Part shown: positions 1 to 8,843 of the stretch, piece by piece
How positions within the stretch are numbered: position 1 is the stretch's first letter
Layout of the letters: every line of letters begins with the position of its first letter
DNA from: Bacteriovoracaceae bacterium
Lineage (GTDB): Bacteria > Bdellovibrionota > Bacteriovoracia > Bacteriovoracales > Bacteriovoracaceae
DNA: 34,236 nucleotides
Reading direction: 5' to 3'
Assembly: GCA_049599895.1 (NCBI GenBank)
Contig: JBMYPC010000015.1
Span: 1 to 34,236, forward strand
Position numbers and translations under genes: made by a program
The notes under the pieces: generated by a model
Database searches by the model: none
Told to the model about the DNA's origin: nothing
The model's input: only the letters and a program-made list of their open reading frames with translations

Positions 1-1211
1 ATCTGAGGTGGGATTGATCCTGAAGCGATGATGGTTTCGCCGTTATAATTTTTTTCAAGGTAGTCTTTGAGTTTTTGAATATCTTCAGATTTCTTTTCAT
101 TACCAATAAGGCAAAATTTATTTTTGGGAGCAAAAACTGTTCGATAAGCTTTAGTGTGTGAGCCCATAGCACTAGTGATGAAAGCGATTGTAATGAAGCT
201 TAGAACCTTTTTTGACTTGAGAATCTCTGTTGAGTTTCGACTTAAAAGAAAAATCATAAAAAGAGGCGCTGAAATTTGCGCCCCATACTGAAAATGAAAA
301 TTATTAGCAATAAATTGAATCGCAAAGATAGGAAGAAGAAAGGCAAAGGTTTCAACTACGGGACTTTGAATTTTGAAGTCCTCTTTTTTTGAGTTTTTAA
401 GGGAGAGTATTCCCCATAAGAGAAAAGGGAAGAAGAGCTTTAAGAAGGCCTTATATTCAAATACTCCAAGAAGGCTAAAGAGTGCTTTAAATGGGTTCTC
501 TAAATAAGGCTTTAAAATTTGTGCTCCATAACCAATTGTTGGGCCAAGAAGAACTGATCGAAAGTGAAAGTTAAAGACGAGTATAAGAATTGAAATGACA
601 ACCAGAAGAGAACTCTTTTTGTCTTTTTTGATAATAAGTCGATAAAGCCCAAGAGTGAAAAGGCTAAAGGCAAAACTTTCTTTAAAAAAACAAATGGCAA
701 TACCTGAAAGGGCAATTCCAAGAAAAGAGTTTTTATAAATAAAGAGAACTAAAAGAGCTGCTGGAAACAAACTCCAGGTTGTAGGATGAATGGGATATTG
801 AAGACCGGAAAGGATTCCTTTTAAAAATAATCCACAAAATAAAAGAGTTATCCTAGTCTTTAAGGGAAGGGCCTTTGAGCTTTTCCATACCAAAGCCAAA
901 AAACCAAAAAACCAAAGATATTCAAAAACGAGCAATGACTCTGGTGAATATTGAAAGATCTTAGTAAAGACCGCCGCGATAAGAATCACGGGATCAAAAT
1001 GATCGTTGAAGATTTTGACGTTTCGAATCGTAATATAGGGATTAAGGCTTACACCATCTGCTATGTCATAGATGGCCTGCTGGTAGATTGAGAAGTCCGT
1101 TGCATGGATACAGCTATTATTTAAACGAACAATATTGCCAATGAGCGGCATAATAAAAAGGGTGAGAAACAACGTTCCCAGGAGAATCTTTGAAAGAGTG
1201 TTCGTTTTCAT
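1..1211 (-). CDS. DUF2079-like polytopic membrane protein (putative GT-C glycosyltransferase); 3' end runs off the window
   Basis: Not in the ORF track because it has no stop inside the window. Manual translation from ATG at 1211 gives MKTNTLSKILLGTLFLTLFIMPLIGNIVRLNNSCIHATDFSIYQQAIYDIADGVSLNPYITIRNVKIFNDHFDPVILIAA, and the same frame reads TIIASGSIPPQ at the window edge. It is a clear paralog of 7396..8835 (CTHAVDFSIYQQAI...NPYLTVRDMKIFNDHFDPIIL). Confidence 0.85.
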   Translation of the reverse strand, partial: MKTNTLSKILLGTLFLTLFIMPLIGNIVRLNNSCIHATDFSIYQQAIYDIADGVSLNPYITIRNVKIFNDHFDPVILIAAVFTKIFQYSPESLLVFEYLWFFGFLALVWKSSKALPLKTRITLLFCGLFLKGILSGLQYPIHPTTWSLFPAALLVLFIYKNSFLGIALSGIAICFFKESFAFSLFTLGLYRLIIKKDKKSSLLVVISILILVFNFHFRSVLLGPTIGYGAQILKPYLENPFKALFSLLGVFEYKAFLKLFFPFLLWGILSLKNSKKEDFKIQSPVVETFAFLLPIFAIQFIANNFHFQYGAQISAPLFMIFLLSRNSTEILKSKKVLSFITIAFITSAMGSHTKAYRTVFAPKNKFCLIGNEKKSEDIQKLKDYLEKNYNGETIIASGSIPPQ

Positions 1212-1275
1212 GAAGGACCATCATAAACGAGTCGAAAGGGATCGTGATTGTGCACCGCTCACGCTAAAGGCCTTC

Positions 1276-1304
1276 TTGGAGATCAATTTCATTAGTGGTA
1301 GGAT
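1276..1304 (+). promoter_or_regulatory. Putative sigma70 promoter for the epimerase-epimerase-GT2 operon
   Basis: TTGGAG-17 bp-TAGGAT with an extended -10 TG, about 35 nt upstream of the GTG start at 1339. Confidence 0.45.
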
Positions 1305-1338
1305 ACCTCGTTAATAATTCGACTATTAAAAGGTATTC

Positions 1339-2406
1339 GTGAAACGAGTTCTTATCACTGGTGGAGCTGGCTTTGTCGGTTCAAGCCTAGCGAAAATGAT
1401 TAAAGCAGATAATCCTCAATCTGAGGTCTGGGTTCTTGATAATCTTAAGCGCCGTGGATCGGAGCTTAATCTTCCAACCTTTGCTGAACTTGGAATCAAT
1501 TTTGTCCATGGAGATATTCGAGATTATTCAGACTTTGAGAATCTAAATGGTGATTTTGATCTTTTAATTGAGGCCTCGGCTGAACCATCTGTTCATAGTG
1601 GAATTTCAGGGGGCTTAAGTTATCTTGTCGATACTAATCTTTCGGGAACCTTAAACTGTCTTCGTTTTGCAAGAGAAAGATGTGAGAAAACTCTTTTTCT
1701 TTCCACTTCAAGAGTTTATTCAATTGATGCCCTAAGAGAAATTGAACTTGAAGAGAATGAAACTCGTTTTCAGGTCAAAGAGGGGATTGATTATCTCGGT
1801 CTTAGAGATGGCGGAATCCTAGAAAACTTTGATGTTTCAAGATTTAGATCATTTTATGGGACCACAAAATTATCTTCAGAATATTTTATTCAAGAATATG
1901 TCGAGACCTTTGGTCTTAAGGCCATCATTAATCGCTGTGGAGTGATTGCTGGGCCAGGGCAATTTGGAAAAGTTGATCAAGGAGTTTTCACTCTTTGGGT
2001 TGCCAATCATTACTTTAAAAAATCATTAAAATATATGGGCTTTGGTGGAAAAGGATTACAGGTTCGCGACCTTCTTCACCCTCGAGACCTTTACAATCTT
2101 ATTCTTGCTCAAGTGAAATCCAATCATAGTTGGAATGGAGAGGTTTACAATGTTGGCGGTGGTTTAAACTGTTCAACATCTCTTCTGGAATACACTAAGC
2201 TTGCTGAAGAAATCACTGGAAATAAAATTGAGATCGCTTCAGCTCCTGAAACAGCCAAAGTGGATATTCCTTATTATGTGACCAACACTGATAAAGCTGA
2301 AAAAGATTTTGATTGGAAAGTCAGCTATGATTCAAAGGCGATCGTTCAAGATATTTTTACGTGGATGAATGAGAACGAAGCCCTTGTAAGTAAAGTATTT
2401 AATTAG
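1339..2406 (+). CDS. NAD-dependent epimerase/dehydratase (CDP-paratose 2-epimerase-like extended SDR)
   Basis: TGGAGFVGS Rossmann motif, YGTTK catalytic YxxxK, QVRDLLH motif; GTG start after AAAGG. Confidence 0.9.
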   Translation: MKRVLITGGAGFVGSSLAKMIKADNPQSEVWVLDNLKRRGSELNLPTFAELGINFVHGDIRDYSDFENLNGDFDLLIEASAEPSVHSGISGGLSYLVDTNLSGTLNCLRFARERCEKTLFLSTSRVYSIDALREIELEENETRFQVKEGIDYLGLRDGGILENFDVSRFRSFYGTTKLSSEYFIQEYVETFGLKAIINRCGVIAGPGQFGKVDQGVFTLWVANHYFKKSLKYMGFGGKGLQVRDLLHPRDLYNLILAQVKSNHSWNGEVYNVGGGLNCSTSLLEYTKLAEEITGNKIEIASAPETAKVDIPYYVTNTDKAEKDFDWKVSYDSKAIVQDIFTWMNENEALVSKVFN

Positions 2407-2426
2407 ACCCTTAAAGGATAAATAAA

Positions 2427-3494
2427 ATGGCAGTGGTAATTGTAACTGGATCAGCAGGCCTAATTGGAAGTGAAGCTGTTAAATTCTTTCACGAAAAAGG
2501 TTTTGATGTTGTTGGGATTGATAACGATTTAAGAAAGTATTTCTTTGGTGATGACGCCTCAACTTCATGGAACCGGAAAAAACTTGAAGAGGGGCTTCCT
2601 CGCTATACTCATCATTCAATTGATATTAGAAACCTTGAAGACGTTCAAAATATTTTTAAAAAGTATGGATCGGATATTAAAACGGTCATCCATACAGCGG
2701 CTCAGCCTTCCCATGACTGGGCAGCGAGAGAGCCATTAACTGATTACAGTGTTAACGCAACCGGAACGATGAACCTTCTTGAGGCAACTCGAGAGATTTG
2801 CCCAGACGCTGCTTTTATTTTTACTTCAACCAATAAAGTCTATGGAGATACTCCAAATTTTCTTCCACTCGTTGAAAAAGAAACTCGTTATGAAGTGGAT
2901 GAGGCTCACGCCTATTTTAAAGATGGAATTGATGAGTCCATGTCTATTGACCAATGTAAGCACAGTCTTTTTGGTGCTTCAAAAGCGGCTGCAGACTTAA
3001 TGGTTCAGGAATACGGACGATACTTTGGTCTTAAGACCGGAACCTTTCGAGGTGGTTGTCTTACGGGTCCTGCTCACTCTGGAGCTGAACTTCATGGCTT
3101 TCTCGCTTATCTTGTAAAATGTGTGGTCACGGGAAAGAAGTACACAATCTTTGGTTATAAAGGAAAGCAGGTAAGAGACAATATTCATAGTTTTGATCTT
3201 GTATCAGCTTTTTGGGAATTTTCAGAAAAGCCTCGCTCTGGTGAAGTCTATAATATTGGCGGAAGTCGTTTTTCAAACTGCTCAATGCTTGAAGCGATCA
3301 CCATGTCTGAGAACTTTGCGGATCGAAAGCTTGATTACACTTTAAGTGATGACAACCGAATTGGTGACCATATTTGGTGGATCAGTGATGTGAATAAATT
3401 TAAATCTCATTATCCTAATTGGGATTTTAAATATGATATCGAAACAATTCTTAAAGAAATTGTCGAAGCGACAATTGAACGAGAAAGAAACTAG
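2427..3494 (+). CDS. NAD-dependent epimerase/dehydratase (CDP-paratose 2-epimerase-like)
   Basis: [39 protein letters not shown] motifs; SD AAGGA. Confidence 0.9.
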   Translation: MAVVIVTGSAGLIGSEAVKFFHEKGFDVVGIDNDLRKYFFGDDASTSWNRKKLEEGLPRYTHHSIDIRNLEDVQNIFKKYGSDIKTVIHTAAQPSHDWAAREPLTDYSVNATGTMNLLEATREICPDAAFIFTSTNKVYGDTPNFLPLVEKETRYEVDEAHAYFKDGIDESMSIDQCKHSLFGASKAAADLMVQEYGRYFGLKTGTFRGGCLTGPAHSGAELHGFLAYLVKCVVTGKKYTIFGYKGKQVRDNIHSFDLVSAFWEFSEKPRSGEVYNIGGSRFSNCSMLEAITMSENFADRKLDYTLSDDNRIGDHIWWISDVNKFKSHYPNWDFKYDIETILKEIVEATIERERN

Positions 3495-3503
3495 GATCGC
3501 TCT

Positions 3504-4238
3504 TTGAAACTCTCAATCGTCATTCCCGCCCATAATGAAGAAGGTTGTATTGAATCTACCGTAAGAGCTCTTCATGAAAAGCTTAAAGGGGAGAGTATTG
3601 AGCATGAGATTCTTGTGATCAATGATAATAGCTCTGATCGAACAGAAGAAATTTTAAAAAGTCTTAAAGATGAATCTTCATCAATAAATTATATTAACAA
3701 CCAGCCCCCTAACGGATTTGGTTTCGCTGTAAGAAGAGGCCTTGAAAGCTTCACTGGGGATGCAGTCGCTGTTTATATGGCCGATGCCTCTGATGATCCA
3801 AACGATGTGGTGAAGTTTTTCAGAAAGCTTGAAGAAGGTTATGACTGCGTCTTTGGTAATCGTTGGGCCAAAGAAGGTCGAGTTTATGATTATCCATGGT
3901 TTAAGCTTGTTCTTAACCGAGGTTTTAATTACTTTATAAGTCTTATTTTTCAAATTCGTTATCAAGATACGACTAACGCTTTTAAAATGTACCGAAAGCC
4001 TGTGATGGATGGACTTAGGCCATTTTTAAGTCACCATTTTAATCTTACTGTTGAACTTCCTCTTAAAGCGATTGTTCGAGGGTATTCCTATGCTGTGATT
4101 CCCAACAGCTGGACCAATCGAACGACAGGGGTTTCAAAGCTTAAGATTAAAGAGATGGGAAGTCGGTATTTGTTTATTGTGATTTATTGTTTCATCGAGA
4201 AATGGCTCTCACGAGGGGATTATAAAAAGGATTCCTAG
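3504..4238 (+). CDS. GT2 glycosyltransferase, polyprenol/dolichol-phosphate sugar synthase-like
   Basis: LSIVIPAHNEE, INDNSSD, GFGFAVRRG, MADASD, DTTNAFKMY motifs; TTG start after AGGA. Confidence 0.9.
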   Translation: MKLSIVIPAHNEEGCIESTVRALHEKLKGESIEHEILVINDNSSDRTEEILKSLKDESSSINYINNQPPNGFGFAVRRGLESFTGDAVAVYMADASDDPNDVVKFFRKLEEGYDCVFGNRWAKEGRVYDYPWFKLVLNRGFNYFISLIFQIRYQDTTNAFKMYRKPVMDGLRPFLSHHFNLTVELPLKAIVRGYSYAVIPNSWTNRTTGVSKLKIKEMGSRYLFIVIYCFIEKWLSRGDYKKDS

Positions 4239-4306
4239 CTGGGTCTTTCTTCCTCTTGGTGCTTATCTTTAGCTTTGGCAAATTGTTTTATTATAAACGA
4301 AAGCTC
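4235..4306 (-). pseudogene. Possible C-terminal remnant of a lost convergent gene (ELSFIIKQFAKAKDKHQEEERPS*)
   Basis: Stop-free minus-strand frame with no start. Its TAG overlaps the GT2 stop in the same geometry as the 4434 gene's stop overlaps the second GT2-end copy. Confidence 0.4.
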
Positions 4307-4391
4307 TTAGTTTTATCTGATCTCTAGACGAGATCATCTGTCCGCTCGATGCTTCAAAGCGTGCCACTGGCACCCTTTGCCGCAGACCGGT
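4304..4391 (-). repeat. REP/MITE-like multi-hairpin element, copy 1
   Basis: Reverse complement is 85/88 identical to 19121-19208. It contains the hairpins TGATCTC-N5-GAGATCA and CAAAGcGTGCCAcTGGCACcCTTTG. Confidence 0.9.
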
Positions 4392-4433
4392 TATTGAGAA
4401 ATGGCTCTCACGAGGTGATTACAAAAAAGACAG

Positions 4434-5849
4434 CTAAGATCTTTTCGATCTGAACCTAAAAATCAAGAGCATCATCAGAAGCAGACTAAATCCAGTCGTA
4501 TAAGAAGAAAAATAAAAGAGATTGTCATAAGTACTTGGCTTATCAAGAAGATTCCCACTTAAAAAGCCAAGTGGTCGCGAAGAACGATCGAGGAAGTAAA
4601 GTTTTGCGTGAGAATAGAGATCAGACTTTAAAAGATAGAGCCCAATTGAGCCAAGGATGAAGTAAGGAACTTTGGCTTTAAAGGTTTTTTGATGATCTTC
4701 AAAGCTTCTTACTGCTTGGAAGATAAAGAAAATGAGAGGGATCGTGAGAAACCTCGTACTAACTCTGATCCCTGAATAGACCGGTATGTGAAGGCTTTGA
4801 ACTAATTTATAAATTGGGCCAATTGAGATCAGTGTGAGAACGATAAAGGGAAGAAAGTAGTTTTTGATATAGGCTTCGTTTCGGTGTCTATAAACAAAAT
4901 AGAGAAGAAAGCCAAAGCCAATAAAACCAATATAGAAATTATGTTCAACCCATTCTCCACCCCAAGGATTGTGATAGCTTGGTTTTTCAGCGACGAGTAG
5001 ACCGTGAAAGAGTTGATCAATACTTCTAAAGGGATGAAGAAAATTCCCGTCTTTTCTTTTTCCAAGAAATTCAAAAACGGCAGGGATTGTTCGTATTGCT
5101 GAAAGTCCGGCCAGAAGTCCATAGCTCACGAGAACTTTCTTTGGGCAAAACTTATTGAAAAGAGCGTAAAGCATATAAAAAAGAGTGAAGATTAAAAGTA
5201 TGTGAAGACTTCCAAAAAAGATCAGCACACTAAGAGTGAAAACAAGATAGAGGTCGTGAATTGTAAATTTCTTCGGAGATAATCTTAGATTCTCAAAAAA
5301 GCAGTAAAGATAAGGTAAAAGAAAATATCCGTACCACATCAAATGTCCTCGATGCATCCTTGCGATAATTTGCCCGTTAAAGAAAAACAGAAGAAACAAA
5401 ATGGCATAACTCAGCCAATTGAGTTTGAACTGTCTTTTTAAAAGAAGTGTTCCAAGGAAGCCAATAAAGAGAATAAAGACCGTATTGATATGATCAAAGT
5501 TTCCAGGTGTTTTAAAATAATGAATAAAGGGAGTGAGTGGGGTAAAGGTCACTTCAGGGTTTGCAAGAAAGCTTTGGGATCCTTGAAAGAACTCTACTGT
5601 AAACCAGGGGAGAGTTTTCGTTTCAAAAGCCTCTTTGATTGTCGAAAGATATTTTAAATTTTTTGACCAATCGTAACCGTCGTAGGGGATAAGTCCCTTG
5701 GCGAGGATTCTTCGATAGATCTCTCTTGCCATATTGGTGAATGTGGCAAAAAAGAAGAGGAACACTGCAGTATTAGCAGCTTTTGATTTGAAACTTTGTT
5801 GGTAAAGCTTCTCAAGAAAGCTATTTATTTTGTCTTTTAAATTAGTCAT
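4434..5849 (-). CDS. Polytopic membrane protein, YfhO-like putative GT-C glycosyltransferase
   Basis: 471 aa with many TM segments. Motifs QSFLANP, GHLMW, EHNFYIG and RVSTRFL are shared with 8844..10523. Confidence 0.7.
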   Translation of the reverse strand: MTNLKDKINSFLEKLYQQSFKSKAANTAVFLFFFATFTNMAREIYRRILAKGLIPYDGYDWSKNLKYLSTIKEAFETKTLPWFTVEFFQGSQSFLANPEVTFTPLTPFIHYFKTPGNFDHINTVFILFIGFLGTLLLKRQFKLNWLSYAILFLLFFFNGQIIARMHRGHLMWYGYFLLPYLYCFFENLRLSPKKFTIHDLYLVFTLSVLIFFGSLHILLIFTLFYMLYALFNKFCPKKVLVSYGLLAGLSAIRTIPAVFEFLGKRKDGNFLHPFRSIDQLFHGLLVAEKPSYHNPWGGEWVEHNFYIGFIGFGFLLYFVYRHRNEAYIKNYFLPFIVLTLISIGPIYKLVQSLHIPVYSGIRVSTRFLTIPLIFFIFQAVRSFEDHQKTFKAKVPYFILGSIGLYLLKSDLYSHAKLYFLDRSSRPLGFLSGNLLDKPSTYDNLFYFSSYTTGFSLLLMMLLIFRFRSKRS

Positions 5850-5938
5850 AATGAAGTGCAGTATGACCCCGTAAATTATTGGTTTGCTTCACAAAAAGCG
5901 TACTTTATTTTTACACAACTTGTCGAACGGAAAGTAGA

Positions 5939-7399
5939 TTGGATCAGCTTAAAGAAAAGGCCTTAAAAAAGACACAAAAGACTCTAATGGTCATCTTTTG
6001 GATTATTCTTGCCCTTAAGTTGCTCGAATGTCTTTATCCATTTTCACATGGTGATGCTCTTAATTATCACCTTGTGATTGCAAAACTCGTCATGGCCTAT
6101 GACTGGAATTATGTCTTTCAGTATTTCTTTCCCGTTTACCTTGCTGGCTATTTTGAACTTATTTATTTTATTCCTGTGTTTTTGTTCAAAAATACACTTT
6201 GGGCACAACTCGCTGGTCAATTGATTCATTTTCTTTTCTCAGCCGGACTCGCAGTCTTTTTAAGTTTTAAATATATTAAAGACAAACGAAGTGCGATTTT
6301 AACCAGTCTCATGTTTCTTACGATCGCTATGGGTGGGGATTTTCTTCTCTATGCAAAGAATGACGGAGTCGTGGCCTCCCTCTGTCTTTGGATCTTTTTT
6401 ATTATTCATAAAAACCGAGAACAAAAAGAATATCCTCTTATTGGATTAGGACTTCTTTTTGGGATCGTGCCGGCGATTAAACTTTCTGGGGTTTTTGTTC
6501 TGATTCCACTCTTTGTTTATCTTGCTCTTAACTCTAAGAGTCTTATGAGATCGGCTCTTACAATTATTGGCGTATCTCTTTTCGTGTATTCACCTGTTCT
6601 TTTGATTAAGCATATCTATTTAGGTGGAGCTTATTTTTATCCTTCACTTTTAAACCTTTTCCCTGGAAACCTTCCTTCTGAAACAATCACAAGCTTTAAT
6701 GAGTTCACAAATGCTCCACTAAGAATGGAAACTTTTGTGAAAAATACACTTGTGGTGATGAAGGCCAAGTGGATTCTTCTTTTGTTGCCGCCACTTTTAT
6801 TCATAAGGCGAAGAGAACTTCGAGTCTTAAATACTTTTTATGGGTTAACCATTCTTTCCTATGTTCTCTATCTTATTGTTAATGGCGGAGTCTTTAGCGA
6901 AAGGTTTCTTTTTCCCATCGTTTTTATAGAGTTTGCGATATTGGGACTTGCATTTGAAAAGCTTAAAATTAAGCCAACTCAAGTATGGCCAATCTTGATT
7001 CTCATTTTTATTGATTCAAAAGTTGATAAGAGTATCAAACGAGTCTCTTTTGTTGGCGAGTATTTTAAGAAAGAAAGAGTCGTGATTCGAGAAGAGAAGA
7101 TCCCTCAGTCAAAAATTTGGAATTTTGTGACTTTGGATGATAAAGCTCCTCATTATATCTTCTCTGATAAGTTTGCTCAGATCTTTTATGGCCCTGATAA
7201 TGTGATTCTCGATCATTATCCTACAACACCTACTGCGAGCCTTTACACCAATTGCCAATCAATTGAAGATGTTGAGAAGTATCGCTATTTTATTTTGAGT
7301 GATGACTATAACCATAACCCAACTTGTGCCAAGGCCATTACAAACGAAACAAATCTCAAAGTGAGAATTCTTGACTTTGAATTGAGAGAAAGAAAATGA
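5939..7399 (+). CDS. Polytopic membrane protein, putative GT-C (ArnT/PMT-like) glycosyltransferase
   Basis: HGDALNYHL first-loop motif, AKNDG, IKLSG, ERFLFP and many TMs. The start is uncertain: TTG 5939 or ATG 5987; the ORF-track start at 5879 is too close to the divergent gene. Confidence 0.7.
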   Translation: MDQLKEKALKKTQKTLMVIFWIILALKLLECLYPFSHGDALNYHLVIAKLVMAYDWNYVFQYFFPVYLAGYFELIYFIPVFLFKNTLWAQLAGQLIHFLFSAGLAVFLSFKYIKDKRSAILTSLMFLTIAMGGDFLLYAKNDGVVASLCLWIFFIIHKNREQKEYPLIGLGLLFGIVPAIKLSGVFVLIPLFVYLALNSKSLMRSALTIIGVSLFVYSPVLLIKHIYLGGAYFYPSLLNLFPGNLPSETITSFNEFTNAPLRMETFVKNTLVVMKAKWILLLLPPLLFIRRRELRVLNTFYGLTILSYVLYLIVNGGVFSERFLFPIVFIEFAILGLAFEKLKIKPTQVWPILILIFIDSKVDKSIKRVSFVGEYFKKERVVIREEKIPQSKIWNFVTLDDKAPHYIFSDKFAQIFYGPDNVILDHYPTTPTASLYTNCQSIEDVEKYRYFILSDDYNHNPTCAKAITNETNLKVRILDFELRERK

Positions 7400-8835
7400 A
7401 GAGTTTGCATTTTAAGGGCTCTTGTCTTTTTCTTTTATTGATCTACTTGGTGATTCCTATTGGGCAAATCAATAATATTTTCACCCATTGCACCCACGCA
7501 GTTGATTTTTCAATTTACCAACAAGCAATAGGAGAGATCGCAAATACTGGGAACCTTAATCCGTATCTTACAGTCAGGGACATGAAGATCTTTAACGATC
7601 ATTTTGATCCCATTATTTTATTAGCGGCTCCTTTTGTGAAACTCTTTAATTACTGGCCTGGATCATACTTTCTTTTTGAGTATCTTTTTTTTACAGCACT
7701 TATTGCTCTCACTCTTTTTTATTGTAAACATTTAACTTTAAATCAAAGACTATCCGCCGTTTTGATGATCCTTTTTACAAAAGGAATCTTAAGTGGTTTG
7801 AATTTTCCCATTCATCCAACGACTTGGATTATGCTTCCTGGATTTCTTTTGCCATGGATAATTGAGCGTGATCGACCAAAAGAAATTATTGGCTTCTTTG
7901 TCCTCACAAGTCTTTTTAAAGAGACAATGCCACTAGTTTTAATGTGTTTAAGTTTAGTGTTTTTTAAAAGAAGAAAACTTTTCTTTGGGCTTCTTGCTTT
8001 TTGTATCGCTATGAATGTCTTTAACTTTCATTTTCGAGGGATTCTTTTTGGTGAGACAAAGGCTTATGCGGGGACATTCTCAAAGTTTACGAATGATCCC
8101 AATTTTAATGTCATTGATTTTATCTTAGGACAAAATTATAAAGCCATTTTCAAAATGTTTTTACCCTTTCTCTTTATTTATGGGTTTTTAATTAAAGACA
8201 AGAAGTGGAAAGACCCAACTGTGATTAAAACTCATTTTTTTGTCATTCCTGTATTTGGAATTCAGTACCTTAGAGAGGAGTTTCATTATCAGTATGGAGC
8301 GCAGATTGTGGCACCTCTTATAGGGCTTATCCTTCTTCCAAAGTTTAAATCAGTCTTTTTTGATAACAAGAGGCGCTTAGTTGCCCTTTGTCTTGTTTTC
8401 ATTTTAACGGGGATGGGATCGATCTCTAAAAATGTCCGTGCAGCACTTCGAATTAATCGAAAAAACTGCCTTCCTACACCTGAAAAGCGTTTTGAAAATG
8501 AACAGCTTCGTGAATTTGTAAGGTCAAGAATTAAGAACAATGAGACCGTTCTAGTCACTGGCGGGCTTGTTCCTGATCTCTATCGACCAGGTATGAAAAT
8601 CTATCAAATGGCCTATTTCTCAAAGGCTTTAGATTTTTATGATTATGTTATCTTTGAAAGAAAGCGAGGAGGACTCGTTTATCCTCTTCATGAAAATGAT
8701 ATTGAAAGCGAGTTTATTCCTGCCTGCAAAGAATCGTCAGAGGGAGTCGTTTTTGAAAGTGAATATTTTATTGTCTTTCATCAAGTTGGAGGACGATGTA
8801 TTGAACTCGTTGAAAAAAGAAGAGTTCATTTTTAA
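7396..8835 (+). CDS. DUF2079-like polytopic membrane protein (putative GT-C)
   Basis: DFSIYQQAI, DHFDPI, FPIHP, LFKE, FHYQY motifs; ATGA overlap with the upstream gene. Confidence 0.78.
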   Translation: MKSLHFKGSCLFLLLIYLVIPIGQINNIFTHCTHAVDFSIYQQAIGEIANTGNLNPYLTVRDMKIFNDHFDPIILLAAPFVKLFNYWPGSYFLFEYLFFTALIALTLFYCKHLTLNQRLSAVLMILFTKGILSGLNFPIHPTTWIMLPGFLLPWIIERDRPKEIIGFFVLTSLFKETMPLVLMCLSLVFFKRRKLFFGLLAFCIAMNVFNFHFRGILFGETKAYAGTFSKFTNDPNFNVIDFILGQNYKAIFKMFLPFLFIYGFLIKDKKWKDPTVIKTHFFVIPVFGIQYLREEFHYQYGAQIVAPLIGLILLPKFKSVFFDNKRRLVALCLVFILTGMGSISKNVRAALRINRKNCLPTPEKRFENEQLREFVRSRIKNNETVLVTGGLVPDLYRPGMKIYQMAYFSKALDFYDYVIFERKRGGLVYPLHENDIESEFIPACKESSEGVVFESEYFIVFHQVGGRCIELVEKRRVHF

Positions 8836-8843
8836 AGGTTTTA

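Larger units (their letters stand above)
4194..4437 (+). repeat. Diverged direct repeat of the GT2 gene 3' end (4194-4238 and 4393-4437)
   Basis: ATCGAGAAATGGCTCTCACGAGGGGATTATAAAAAGGATTCCTAG vs ATTGAGAAATGGCTCTCACGAGGTGATTACAAAAAAGACAGCTAA: 37/45 identical, both encode IEKWLSRGDYKKDS*. Confidence 0.95.

Noticed and set aside
512..721. 69-aa ORF in the track
   Set aside because: An alternative frame within the longer DUF2079-like gene at 1-1211.
4304..4397. Integron attC interpretation of the repeat (GTTATTG at its end)
   Set aside because: No matching RYYYAAC box forming a single long hairpin, the second copy has GTC instead of GTT, and there is no tandem cassette array or integrase.
4194..4437. 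Diversity-generating retroelement TR/VR or CRISPR reading of the direct repeat
   Set aside because: Differences are synonymous rather than adenine-specific, there is no reverse transcriptase or cas gene, and there are only two units.
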